A stretch of DNA of 64,000 nucleotides from Bacilli bacterium (lineage in GTDB: Bacteria; Bacillota_I; Bacilli_A; ML615J-28; CAG-313). Both the position numbers and the translations under genes were made by a program. Every line of letters starts with the position of its first letter. Within the stretch, counting starts at the first letter, position 1. Location of the stretch: the NCBI GenBank assembly GCA_017411715.1, contig JAFQPO010000014.1:6161-70160 (forward strand), read 5' to 3'. The notes under the pieces were generated by a model. That model searched no databases. It was not told the DNA's origin and saw nothing but the letters and a program-made list of their open reading frames with translations. Shown here one piece after another: positions 31,169-40,289 of the stretch.

Positions 31169-31348
31169 ATGATAAAAAGTATTTTGAAAATTATATTATG
31201 TTGCATAATAGCATATCCTATTTGCTATTTACTAACACAATTAGAAGGACTTAAAACTAATTATAATTGGGCTGTTATTTTAGTGATTGATTTAATAGTG
31301 TGTATTGGCTTAATTCTATATACAATATTGAATAAAAAGAATAAATAA
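31169..31348 (+). CDS. small membrane protein (59 aa, two TM helices)
   Basis: Not in the ORF track. MIKSILKIILCCIIAYPICYLL...; RBS AGGAGAG. Confidence 0.4.
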   Translation: MIKSILKIILCCIIAYPICYLLTQLEGLKTNYNWAVILVIDLIVCIGLILYTILNKKNK

Positions 31349-31425
31349 CTAATTAAGTCGGTTAGCCAACTTTGGGTTAGTTGGCTTTATAAATAGTAGA
31401 AATAAATGAGTAAATGTGGTATAAT
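31340..31425 (+). repeat. family-2 terminator/promoter cassette, copy 4 (variant hairpin)
   Basis: AGCCAACTTTGGGTTAGTTGGCT plus TTTATAAATAGTAGAAATAAATGAGTAAATGTGGTATAAT. Confidence 0.7.
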
Positions 31426-31466
31426 AGTTATGCATAAATGATTGTATAAGAAAGGATATTGATTAT

Positions 31467-32018
31467 ATGATAATAGAGAATAAAATTGATAAAATAAAAC
31501 TTCAAGATAGTATGAAACTATTTATTAAGTATGCCATGCTAGATCAGACAAAGAAAGTAAAAAAATTGATAATTATAAGCTTAATAGCTTGTGTAGTTGT
31601 AATTTTAGGTAATATTGTTTTACAAAAGTTATATATTTTAATATTTGGTATATTTGGAATTTTATTTAATATTTTCTTAATATTTAGATATAGAAATACT
31701 CAAAGAAAACAATATGAGAAAGTACTTAAAGAGCAATTAAATAAATATGGTGAAATAGATATCATAACTAGAAAACATGTTTTTGATAGCCGTAAAATGT
31801 TACTTGAAATTAAAAACGGTGAAAATATAGATACATTAAATTTTAATTTTGATAATTATTATAAGTTATGGATTGAAGAAGATAATAAAGTTGTTGTTAT
31901 ACAATTTGGTGAAAAACCAAATGGTAAATTAGTAGTAATTTATTGTGATGATGTAAATGGATTTAAACAATATTGTGTTATTAATAATATTAATTTTGAA
32001 ATAGTAAAGACTAAATAA
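31467..32018 (+). CDS. hypothetical membrane protein
   Basis: Two TM helices after residue 30. Confidence 0.4.
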   Translation: MIIENKIDKIKLQDSMKLFIKYAMLDQTKKVKKLIIISLIACVVVILGNIVLQKLYILIFGIFGILFNIFLIFRYRNTQRKQYEKVLKEQLNKYGEIDIITRKHVFDSRKMLLEIKNGENIDTLNFNFDNYYKLWIEEDNKVVVIQFGEKPNGKLVVIYCDDVNGFKQYCVINNINFEIVKTK

Positions 32019-32021
32019 CTA

Positions 32022-32093
32022 AACAAAGTCAGTTAACCAACGTAAAGGTTAGCTGGCTTTTTAAATAGTAGAAATAAATTAGGAAATGTGGTA
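32022..32093 (+). repeat. family-2 terminator/promoter cassette, copy 5
   Basis: GTCAGTTAACC..GGTTAGCTGGCTTTTTAAATAGTAGAAATAAATTAGGAAATGTGGTATAAT. Confidence 0.75.
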
Positions 32094-32193
32094 TAATCAT
32101 AGCATGCAACAAATTAGATACATAATGTAAATACTTGTTGCTGTAATATATAAATGATATATTATATACTAAAATCGAAAGGAGGATATTATT

Positions 32194-32610
32194 ATGACAA
32201 TAGCAGAAAAGATAAAACAATTGAGAAAAGATAATAGCATGACTCAAGAAGATTTAGCAGAAAAGTTAAATGTATCTCGTCAAACCATTTCTAAATGGGA
32301 AACAAGTGTTACAATACCAGATGCGGATAATATAGTAGCAATTTCTAAATTGTTTAACATCACAACTGACGAATTATTAGATTATAGGGTAGAAACTGTT
32401 CAAAAGAAAAAACAATTTATAATGGATATGGCAGTATTGCTATTTGGAATTATTGGATTTATCGTATTTGCAATTTTGCTTATGACTAATCAAATAGACG
32501 AAACATCATCAGTAATTACAATTAATGGTTATGGAATTGCAGCAATTCTTTTCTTAATACTAATTATTGCTTTTATCATAGTAATGATTAAACGAAATGC
32601 AAAAAAATAA
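32194..32610 (+). CDS. membrane-anchored HTH-XRE regulator
   Basis: MTQEDLAEKLNVSRQTISKWE plus two TM helices. Confidence 0.6.
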   Translation: MTIAEKIKQLRKDNSMTQEDLAEKLNVSRQTISKWETSVTIPDADNIVAISKLFNITTDELLDYRVETVQKKKQFIMDMAVLLFGIIGFIVFAILLMTNQIDETSSVITINGYGIAAILFLILIIAFIIVMIKRNAKK

Positions 32611-32839
32611 ATTAAAGATTTTAGTAATAGTATTGTTTTTTGTGCTTATAACAACTTTTGGAATTTATCTAGTTAAAACGATTATTGAGTGTATCAATAC
32701 TTATAACGATATTACGACATCATTTCCATGGTATACTCCTATATTAATTAATAGTTTAATATTTGTTATTCCGCTAATAATTGAGATACTTGTTCTAGGA
32801 TATTTTTATATACGATTAAAACAAAAAAATAATAAATAG
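32597..32839 (+). CDS. small membrane protein
   Basis: Overlaps the upstream stop; two TM helices. Confidence 0.4.
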   Translation: MQKNKLKILVIVLFFVLITTFGIYLVKTIIECINTYNDITTSFPWYTPILINSLIFVIPLIIEILVLGYFYIRLKQKNNK

Positions 32840-32845
32840 ACATAG

Positions 32846-32917
32846 AGGTCAGTTAACCAATAAAAAAGTTAGCTGTCTTTTTAAATAGTAGAAATAAATG
32901 AGGAAATGTGGTATAAT
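32846..32917 (+). repeat. family-2 terminator/promoter cassette, copy 6
   Basis: GGTCAGTTAACC..GTTAGCTGTCTTTTTAAATAGTAGAAATAAATGAGGAAATGTGGTATAAT. Confidence 0.75.
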
Positions 32918-32939
32918 TTATAATGTGAGGTATTGATGT

Positions 32940-33464
32940 ATGAATGATTATATAAATTTATGCGATGTCGATATAAGAAAGCAAACTAAGACTTTTAAAT
33001 TAGTGTTTATTATACTATCTATTATAGTAGTTATATTATTAATAGTCGGTATTTTTAATAAGTATGTTTTTGGAATTGGGTTGGCTTTCGTAATTACTCC
33101 TATTGCTGCTTTTGGTTCTTATTTTTGGTGCTTACAAAAATATGAAAAATTAGCGAAAATTGAAAATGATGAGTTATGTATCTATAAATACAATAAGAAA
33201 TTAAAATTTAAATTAGACCTCAAAAACATTAAGTTTTCAAATTACATTGTTCGTTTGAGTGGGTTTGGTGCATACGACACTGTTGTTGAAAGAGAATGTT
33301 TAGTGCTTCATTTCAATGAATTAGAAAAATGGCGTTTTTATAAAGAAAATGTAATTGATTATAGATGTTGTAATAAAGATAATTCAGTAGTTGTGATACA
33401 TAATAAAGTATTGACTGAATTCATTATGAAGAACTATGTATTTATAAATCATAAAAGCGTATGA
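32940..33464 (+). CDS. hypothetical membrane protein
   Basis: Two TM helices near the N-terminus. Confidence 0.4.
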   Translation: MNDYINLCDVDIRKQTKTFKLVFIILSIIVVILLIVGIFNKYVFGIGLAFVITPIAAFGSYFWCLQKYEKLAKIENDELCIYKYNKKLKFKLDLKNIKFSNYIVRLSGFGAYDTVVERECLVLHFNELEKWRFYKENVIDYRCCNKDNSVVVIHNKVLTEFIMKNYVFINHKSV

Positions 33465-33616
33465 CATTATCATAAAATAAACACACAGAATTTTTTAAAT
33501 GTTTTTTAATCAGTAGAAAATTAAGGAAAATATGATATAATAATATACGATAATTTGAAAAAGTACTTAATTATAAAATTATATTATTGAGAGTGCACTA
33601 ATTATAGGAGGATTAG

Positions 33617-34342
33617 ATGTTTGAATTAAATCATTTGTTATGGTTATTAATTTCAACTTTTGTTATTACTTTCCATATATTAATAAATATTAAATATAAA
33701 CCATCTTTTAAAGCTAATTTAACTGCTTTATTTATTGTTGCGGTAATATCTGAAATTACTAAAATATTAATAAATATGGAATCACTTGTAGGAGATACAT
33801 TTGATACATCAGGGACATATTTAAATTATGAATCTTTACCATTTCATTTATGTGCAATGCAAATATTTTTTATTACCGCATTAATGTTTTTTGTCAAAAA
33901 TGAAAGTACAAAATCAAAAATTCTTGGTTTTATGGTGCCAACTATGTTAATGGGTGCTGCGCTTGCATTGTTTATCCCTACTAATGGTACTGATTTTACA
34001 GATGCACAAGTTTATCAATATTTCATATTCCATTCTTATTTAATAGCATTTGCGGTATACTTATTATATAGTAAAAATGTAGTTATTACATTTAAAGTTA
34101 TGTTTAGAAATATAGCGTATTTATTAGGACTAGGCGTAATATGCATTTATATTAATGGAATGTTTAGTTTTGCGGCTACTAATTTTATGTTTATATCTAG
34201 ACCACCGATGGAAAATTTACCTTTTCTGAATTTAAATCAAGGCTGGCATATGTATTTTGCGAAACTACTAATTATTTTAATGGTTCTTATGGTTTCGTTT
34301 CATTTGCCTTTTGCATTGTACTATCGTAGAAATCAAAAATAA
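33617..34342 (+). CDS. polytopic integral membrane protein (6-7 TM helices)
   Basis: Hydrophobicity pattern; preceded by a degenerate family-2-like promoter at 33491-33541. Confidence 0.45.
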   Translation: MFELNHLLWLLISTFVITFHILINIKYKPSFKANLTALFIVAVISEITKILINMESLVGDTFDTSGTYLNYESLPFHLCAMQIFFITALMFFVKNESTKSKILGFMVPTMLMGAALALFIPTNGTDFTDAQVYQYFIFHSYLIAFAVYLLYSKNVVITFKVMFRNIAYLLGLGVICIYINGMFSFAATNFMFISRPPMENLPFLNLNQGWHMYFAKLLIILMVLMVSFHLPFALYYRRNQK

Positions 34343-34355
34343 AGGAATTTATAAA

Positions 34356-35299
34356 ATGAAAAAATTATTTGCTTTTGTTATTTTGTAAATTACACTAATA
34401 TAATTATCAAGTTGTTTCAATGATACTATAAAAACTTGACCTACAGAAGAAGTAAATGAATTTGTTTTGTTTGATTTTCCATCTTACGAAGGGAAAGCAA
34501 GATTTGAACTACGACTTGATCCGTTTGTTTTATTAGAGAAGAAATTACAATGTTGATTTCTAAAACAAATAAAAGTCAATATGATGCTTATATAAATAAG
34601 CTATTATCCTTAGGATATGTTGAAAAAGAAGATGTATATGAATCTGATTATGAGTTTGATTATATTTCTCTTAAAGATGTATATGAAAAGACTTTAGAAG
34701 ATGGTAGCTTTGTTTCTATTAATGTTCATTATAGTGATTATGGAAACAATGATATTCATTGCTACATCTATGTTGAATATGAACCTGCTACTGGACCATA
34801 TGAAAATTGGCCAGTATTTGATATGTCAATGTTTGCGGATAGTGAAAAACTTATCTACAACGGAGGAACAACATATGATTATCATAATCAAACTGAAGAA
34901 ACACGTAAAAGTATCAAGCAATTATTAAATTATTCTTATGTGGCAAACATTTTTATGGGGCATAACTTAACTGAAGAAGAAAGAGAAGCTCTTTCAAAAA
35001 TGCAAGGGACAAGAAAATTAGTTGATTCAGTCTATGATATGTATATAGCGGTATTTAATACGAATCAAGAAGAACTGTTAGAATATACATCGAAGTTTGA
35101 TGATTGGGAAGTTGTTGTTGAAAATGATTGTTATGCTAAAACGGTTGGCGATATGACTACAATTGTTAGTTTATGTATCCATATCCTGATAATCCTAAAA
35201 ACATTCAAATTTATATTGAAAAATATCCAAATGAATATTATGAATATTTTTATAAGGAATAAAAAAAACTGCTCTTTCGAGCAGTTTTTCATTTTATAA
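34356..35299 (+). pseudogene. probably frameshifted lipoprotein gene (intact-looking segment 34550..35250)
   Basis: MKKLFAFVIL* signal-peptide stub at 34356; protein-like text continues in a shifted frame (DFPSYEGKARFELRLDPFVLL); the 3' end of the ORF reads through into the terminator, while an alternative frame gives a natural-looking YPDNPKNIQIYIEKYPNEYYEYFYKE*. Confidence 0.35.
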
Positions 35300-36712
35300 T
35301 TATTCAGCTAAGTTTAAATCTTCTTCCTTAGTATCTTTTTCTTTTAAGATTGTATTTAAGATAATACCTAAGAACATTGCAACAGCAGTAGAAGTGATTG
35401 TGATGCCACCTTTACCAAAAGTTAATGATAAAGTTAATCCACCAATACCAGCAACTAAGATTACAGCTGCAACAAAGATATTTTTAGTACTATTGAAGTT
35501 AACTTTTTCAGCGATTAACATTTTTAATCCACTTGAAGCGATGAAACCGTAAAGGATTAGAGAAACGCCACCTGTAACACATGCAGGAATTGTTTCAACT
35601 ACACACATAACTGGTCTAAAGAAACCAAGAAGAATTGTCATAACAGCGGCTAAGATAATAACGCTAACTGATGCAATTTTACTTACACCAATAACAGCAA
35701 CATTTTCACCATAAGTTGTATTAGCAGCACCACAGATTGAACCAGAGATTGCAGTAGCAACACCGTCACCGATTAATGTTCTAGTTAAACCAGGTTCTTC
35801 TAATAAGTCACGACCGATAATGTTAGATAAGTTTTTGTGGTCTCCAATATGTTCACATACTGTAACTAGTGAAACAGGAGCGAATAATAAGATGATTTCT
35901 GGCAATTGAGAAATATCGAATGCGCTGAAATCTTGTGCAAACATAAAGTCAGGCATTTTTAAGAATGAATCAAATGTAACAGCACTGAAGTTATCAATAA
36001 TAGGTTGGAAATTGATTACTTGCATAGCTTCGTAATCAAATGCATGACCAAATGCTGTAAAGATTGCTGCCATTGCATAACCAGAAAGCATACCAATTAC
36101 GAATGGGATAAGTTTAATCATTTTTTTACCATAAACTGCAGAGATTGCAGTAGCGAAAGTTGCAACTAAACCAGAGATTATAAAATAAATATTATAATTG
36201 TCAGCAGATACAGCAGTATTTTGTAAATTGTTAACTGCACTAACTGCTAAACTTAAACCGATTACCATAATAACAGGTCCAATAACAATTGGAGGTAATA
36301 ATTTATTAAGCCATTTAGTACCGAATTTTGCAATTATTAATGCAACAATAACATATACTAAACCTACGATAGCCATACCGATAATAACAGCAAGGAAGTT
36401 CTTTTGAACCTGATCACCTAGTGCTAATGCTGAAACCATAGGTGCGATATAAGCAAATGAACTACTTAAAAAAACAGGTGATTTTTTCTTAGTTGTAATA
36501 ATATAGAATAAAGTACCGATACCAGCAGCTACGATAGTCGCATCAATTGGTAAACCAGTAAGCATTGGTACAGTAATACACGCTACGAACATCGCAAGAA
36601 TGTGTTGTACCGCAAATAATAATTGATGGGTTAATTTTTTAGGGGTTTGTTCTACATCTAAAATTAAATCTTTTTTCATTTTTTTCTCCTCCAATTTTTT
36701 AATTTTTTCCAA
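35300..36712 (-). CDS. NCS2-family nucleobase permease (uracil/xanthine permease, PyrP-like)
   Basis: 12-13 TM helices; QHILAMFVACITVP...GIGTLFY signature; bidirectional terminator AAAAAAACTGCTCTTTCGAGCAGTTTTTC at 35262-35290. Confidence 0.8.
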   Translation of the reverse strand: MEKIKKLEEKKMKKDLILDVEQTPKKLTHQLLFAVQHILAMFVACITVPMLTGLPIDATIVAAGIGTLFYIITTKKKSPVFLSSSFAYIAPMVSALALGDQVQKNFLAVIIGMAIVGLVYVIVALIIAKFGTKWLNKLLPPIVIGPVIMVIGLSLAVSAVNNLQNTAVSADNYNIYFIISGLVATFATAISAVYGKKMIKLIPFVIGMLSGYAMAAIFTAFGHAFDYEAMQVINFQPIIDNFSAVTFDSFLKMPDFMFAQDFSAFDISQLPEIILLFAPVSLVTVCEHIGDHKNLSNIIGRDLLEEPGLTRTLIGDGVATAISGSICGAANTTYGENVAVIGVSKIASVSVIILAAVMTILLGFFRPVMCVVETIPACVTGGVSLILYGFIASSGLKMLIAEKVNFNSTKNIFVAAVILVAGIGGLTLSLTFGKGGITITSTAVAMFLGIILNTILKEKDTKEEDLNLAE

Positions 36713-36930
36713 AAAAATAAGACTAGAAAATGCACCTTAGAGGGAATACTAGTCTTTAGTTTTTGATGATGATAAAATGAGAACATGAAAAGAAAGCTAT
36801 CTTTGCGAAAGCTTTATTTGAAATATGACATATCATAATTGCATTTTTAGTCATGTCCACACCTCATTCTCGAACATTATATCAAAAATGACTTGTTTTG
36901 TCAAAAAAAATGAACTATTTTAAATGCTTG
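36713..36930 (-). promoter_or_regulatory. long 5' leader with an intrinsic terminator just before the RBS (candidate attenuator/riboswitch) and TTGACA..TATAAT promoter
   Basis: On the minus strand: TTGACAAAACAAGTCATTTTTGATATAAT, then about 200 nt of leader, then AAAGACUAGUAUUCCCUCUAAGGUGCAUUUUCUAGUCUU plus a U-run, 20 nt before GGAGGAG and the ATG. Confidence 0.4.
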
Positions 36931-36985
36931 ATTTTATTAATGAAATATTATAAAATATTAATACGAAAGAAGGTGGGGAGGTAGT

Positions 36986-37483
36986 ATGATTAGATTAACT
37001 GAACATATAAATAGATATACTATGATTCAACTACAAGATGTATTGAAACTTCATTTGCAAGGTATATTAGGCCCTAATCATTTAGAACTTGATGAAGAAA
37101 AGTTGAGAAATAACTTGAATATTGAATATAAAGAATCTTTGAAAAATGATTTTTGTTATGAAATGATAGAAGAAATTAGTGATAACTATGTTAGAGTTTA
37201 TATTAGACCTTATTTTAGGAAAATGAATACTTTTGATTATCTTATCAAAGCTTTTTTTCAAACTATTAAGCTTAATGCTAGTTTTGATCAAAATAAATTA
37301 AAAATATTATTTGAAGAAGAAGTTAGAAAATTAATTAATGAAAATAATAAAGAGGTAATTACTAAGTATTTAGAAAGCAAAAAGTGGAATATTAGTCACT
37401 CAGATATTTATAAGAAAAACTATTATCCTCATTATTTAGTTATTAATAAAATTTATTTGGAGGTAGCATTAAATGAAAAGTAA
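36986..37483 (+). CDS. hypothetical protein
   Basis: ORF with GGTGGGGAGG RBS. Confidence 0.4.
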   Translation: MIRLTEHINRYTMIQLQDVLKLHLQGILGPNHLELDEEKLRNNLNIEYKESLKNDFCYEMIEEISDNYVRVYIRPYFRKMNTFDYLIKAFFQTIKLNASFDQNKLKILFEEEVRKLINENNKEVITKYLESKKWNISHSDIYKKNYYPHYLVINKIYLEVALNEK

Positions 37484-38339
37484 AGTGTATTTAATTAAAG
37501 ATTTTAGTGAAAATTCATTATTGAAATTATATAATTTATATGAAGACTACTTAAAAGGTAATGTTGCTATTAAAGTTCATTCTGGTGAACCTGGCAACCA
37601 AAATTTTTTAAGACCACAATTTTGGAAAAAAATAATAGAAAAAGTTAACGGCACAATAGTTGAATGCAATACTGCATATGCAGGTGCAAGATTAAAAAGT
37701 GAAGACCATTTAGAAACTTTAAAAAAACATGGTTGGTGCGAGTATAAAGTTGATCTATTAGATGAAAAAGGACCAGATATGATTTTGGATATTCCTAATG
37801 GGAATATTATTAATAAGAATTATGTTGGTAAAAATCTTGCCAAATATGATTCAATGCTTGTCTTGTCACATTTTAAAGGTCATCCAATGGGCGGATATGG
37901 AGGAGCGTTAAAACAACTTTCTATTGGCGTTGCTTCATCATATGGTAAAGCTTACATTCATGGGGCTGGTGATCCTAGAAAAATTTGGACTGCCGATCAT
38001 AATTCATTTTTAGAGTCCATGGCAGAGGCCGCAAAATCAGTGATTGATTATTTTAATGGCAATATTTTATATATTAATGTAATGAAAAATATGTCAGTTG
38101 ACTGTGATTGTTGTAGTATTGCAGAAGACCCTTGTATGAATGATGTAGGAATATTAATTTCCTTAGATCCAGTTGCTATTGACCAAGCTTGTATTGATTT
38201 AGTATATAATTCAGAAGATTCTGGTAAGAATCATTTAATTGAAAGAATTGAGTCTCGCAATGGAATTTATACAATTGAAAAAGCTGCCAAATTTGGCTGC
38301 GGAAGTAGAAATTACGAATTAATCGAACTCGAAAAATAG
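37473..38339 (+). CDS. DUF362-like Cys-rich (putative Fe-S) protein
   Basis: CDCCSIAEDPC cluster; overlaps the upstream stop. Confidence 0.4.
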   Translation: MKSKVYLIKDFSENSLLKLYNLYEDYLKGNVAIKVHSGEPGNQNFLRPQFWKKIIEKVNGTIVECNTAYAGARLKSEDHLETLKKHGWCEYKVDLLDEKGPDMILDIPNGNIINKNYVGKNLAKYDSMLVLSHFKGHPMGGYGGALKQLSIGVASSYGKAYIHGAGDPRKIWTADHNSFLESMAEAAKSVIDYFNGNILYINVMKNMSVDCDCCSIAEDPCMNDVGILISLDPVAIDQACIDLVYNSEDSGKNHLIERIESRNGIYTIEKAAKFGCGSRNYELIELEK

Positions 38340-38423
38340 TTTAAAAAGTCGATATTTTAATCAACAATTTCTCCCCACTATGGTTATTTTTATGCTAAAA
38401 TAATCTTGTGAAAAAAAGGGGGG

Positions 38424-38735
38424 ATGTATGTGGTTGTTGGACCTACAATTAGTGAAATTAAGCAATTAATTGGTAGTTACCGCTGTAATCAATTATTAAA
38501 AGTAATAGGTTTTGTTATGGGAGAAAAAGATGTTTACTGTAGAGTCTGTGAACATCTTCCTAATGGATACTTATTTACATTTAAATATAAAAATACTAGG
38601 TTTCTAGATTTATTTATTTCGATTGATAAGATGACATATAGCTTACATAATAAATCCACAATATGTGATAAATATAATGATTTTAATTATGCATATGAAG
38701 TTATTGATCAAATTAATAAATTTAAAATTAAATGA
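38424..38735 (+). CDS. hypothetical protein
   Basis: ORF only. Confidence 0.3.
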   Translation: MYVVVGPTISEIKQLIGSYRCNQLLKVIGFVMGEKDVYCRVCEHLPNGYLFTFKYKNTRFLDLFISIDKMTYSLHNKSTICDKYNDFNYAYEVIDQINKFKIK

Positions 38736-39406
38736 CAGAGAGAATTATGGAAAAAAATAATATAATAAATGAAGAGATAGAAATAAAATTTGAAAATTTT
38801 GTTTTGGAAAATTTAGCTTTTGATAATACAGGGCATGACTTATCACATGCTAAAAGAGTGGTTAATAATGCGAAGGCTATTATGAAGAAAGAAAAAAATT
38901 ATGATTATGATTTAATAATTGCTTCATGCTATGTGCATGATGTAGCTGATCATAAGCTATTTGTCGATTTAGTTGCACAATATGAAAAAATATCTTCCTT
39001 TCTAATTGAAGTAGGTTTTTCTCAACAATATATTACTAAAGTTATAGATATTATTGAACATATTTCATATTATAACGGAAAATATCATGAATTAACTGAC
39101 ATTAATTCTATGATAGTAAGAGATGCGGACCGATTAGATGCTATAGGTGCGATGGGTATAATAAGAACAATTACATATGGTGCATCTAAGACTAGACCTT
39201 TTTATGAAGAAGAAAATTTCAAATATCATGAAAAAGGGATTGAATTTATTAAATCAACCGAAACTACGATAAGTCATTTCTATGATAAACTATTGAAATT
39301 GCCTGGTTTAATGCATACAAAAGTTGCAAAAACGTTGGCTAAAAAAAGAATTAAAATAATTAAAGTGTTTTTAAAACAATTTTATAGAGAACTTTCTAAA
39401 AATTAA
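38732..39406 (+). CDS. HD-domain phosphohydrolase
   Basis: H..HD motif (YVHDVADHK) and RDADRLDAIGA. Confidence 0.65.
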   Translation: MTERIMEKNNIINEEIEIKFENFVLENLAFDNTGHDLSHAKRVVNNAKAIMKKEKNYDYDLIIASCYVHDVADHKLFVDLVAQYEKISSFLIEVGFSQQYITKVIDIIEHISYYNGKYHELTDINSMIVRDADRLDAIGAMGIIRTITYGASKTRPFYEEENFKYHEKGIEFIKSTETTISHFYDKLLKLPGLMHTKVAKTLAKKRIKIIKVFLKQFYRELSKN

Positions 39407-39684
39407 TATCAATAAATTGCATTTTTCGACAAAATATGATATAATGTCAACAATGATGATATTAATTAATATAAATTTAAATCAAGAATTTTTGGAAAAT
39501 GGTTTTTACTATTTTCCATATTACTATTTATAACAATAAATAATTATTAGACAAAAACGTCTTAAAATTGACTAATTTGTCTGATAAATTTAAAATAAAT
39601 GCTTTTTTTACGATATTATTATGAATATTATCGGTAAATATTGTAATAAATTCTTATATTTAAATTTTATAGTGTGGAGTAATT

Positions 39685-40284
39685 ATGAAATTTAATTTGC
39701 ATTTAGATAGTTCCGATGTCAAGTATTCTAGTGAACTTTTGGTAGAATTATTACAAGATAGAAATGAAGATGCTTTTGATTATTTTACAGAATATTACTT
39801 TAATAGAATATATAAATACATTAGAAAAAGAGTAAACTCTGATGAACTAGCAGTTGATATGACATTTGATACGTGTAGAAGAATTTTTATTAAAATTGAT
39901 AATTTTCAATATCGAAGTGATGAGGCTTTTGAATCTTGGATATATAAAAATGCACAATCAGTAATATATTTATATTATCGTCATTTAGAAACTGAAAAAA
40001 AATATAACAAATATATAGTTTTAGATAATGAATACGTTGAAACATTTGTTGATCCATCTTCTAATGAAAGTATATCAGATGAAATTCTTGAAATTGTCTA
40101 CTTATGTCTTAACTCGAGAGAATTATATATTGTTATTCAGCACATATACGAAAAAGCAAGTTTTAAAGACATTGCTAAAGAACTAGGATGTACTACTTCA
40201 GCGGTTTCAAATACTTTTTATCGCTCAATTAAAAAATGTAGAAAATATTTGGAAAACTATAGTGCTTCTATTTATAACACTTAA
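39685..40284 (+). CDS. ECF-type RNA polymerase sigma factor
   Basis: 199 aa; region 2 and region 4 (FKDIAKELGCTTSAVSNTFYRSIKKCRKYLE). Confidence 0.6.
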   Translation: MKFNLHLDSSDVKYSSELLVELLQDRNEDAFDYFTEYYFNRIYKYIRKRVNSDELAVDMTFDTCRRIFIKIDNFQYRSDEAFESWIYKNAQSVIYLYYRHLETEKKYNKYIVLDNEYVETFVDPSSNESISDEILEIVYLCLNSRELYIVIQHIYEKASFKDIAKELGCTTSAVSNTFYRSIKKCRKYLENYSASIYNT

Positions 40285-40289
40285 CCTAT

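Noticed and set aside
36713-36930. PyrR-binding attenuator or guanine riboswitch in the permease leader
   Set aside because: Neither the PyrR loop consensus nor the purine-riboswitch conserved boxes could be found by eye. It is kept only as an unclassified attenuator.
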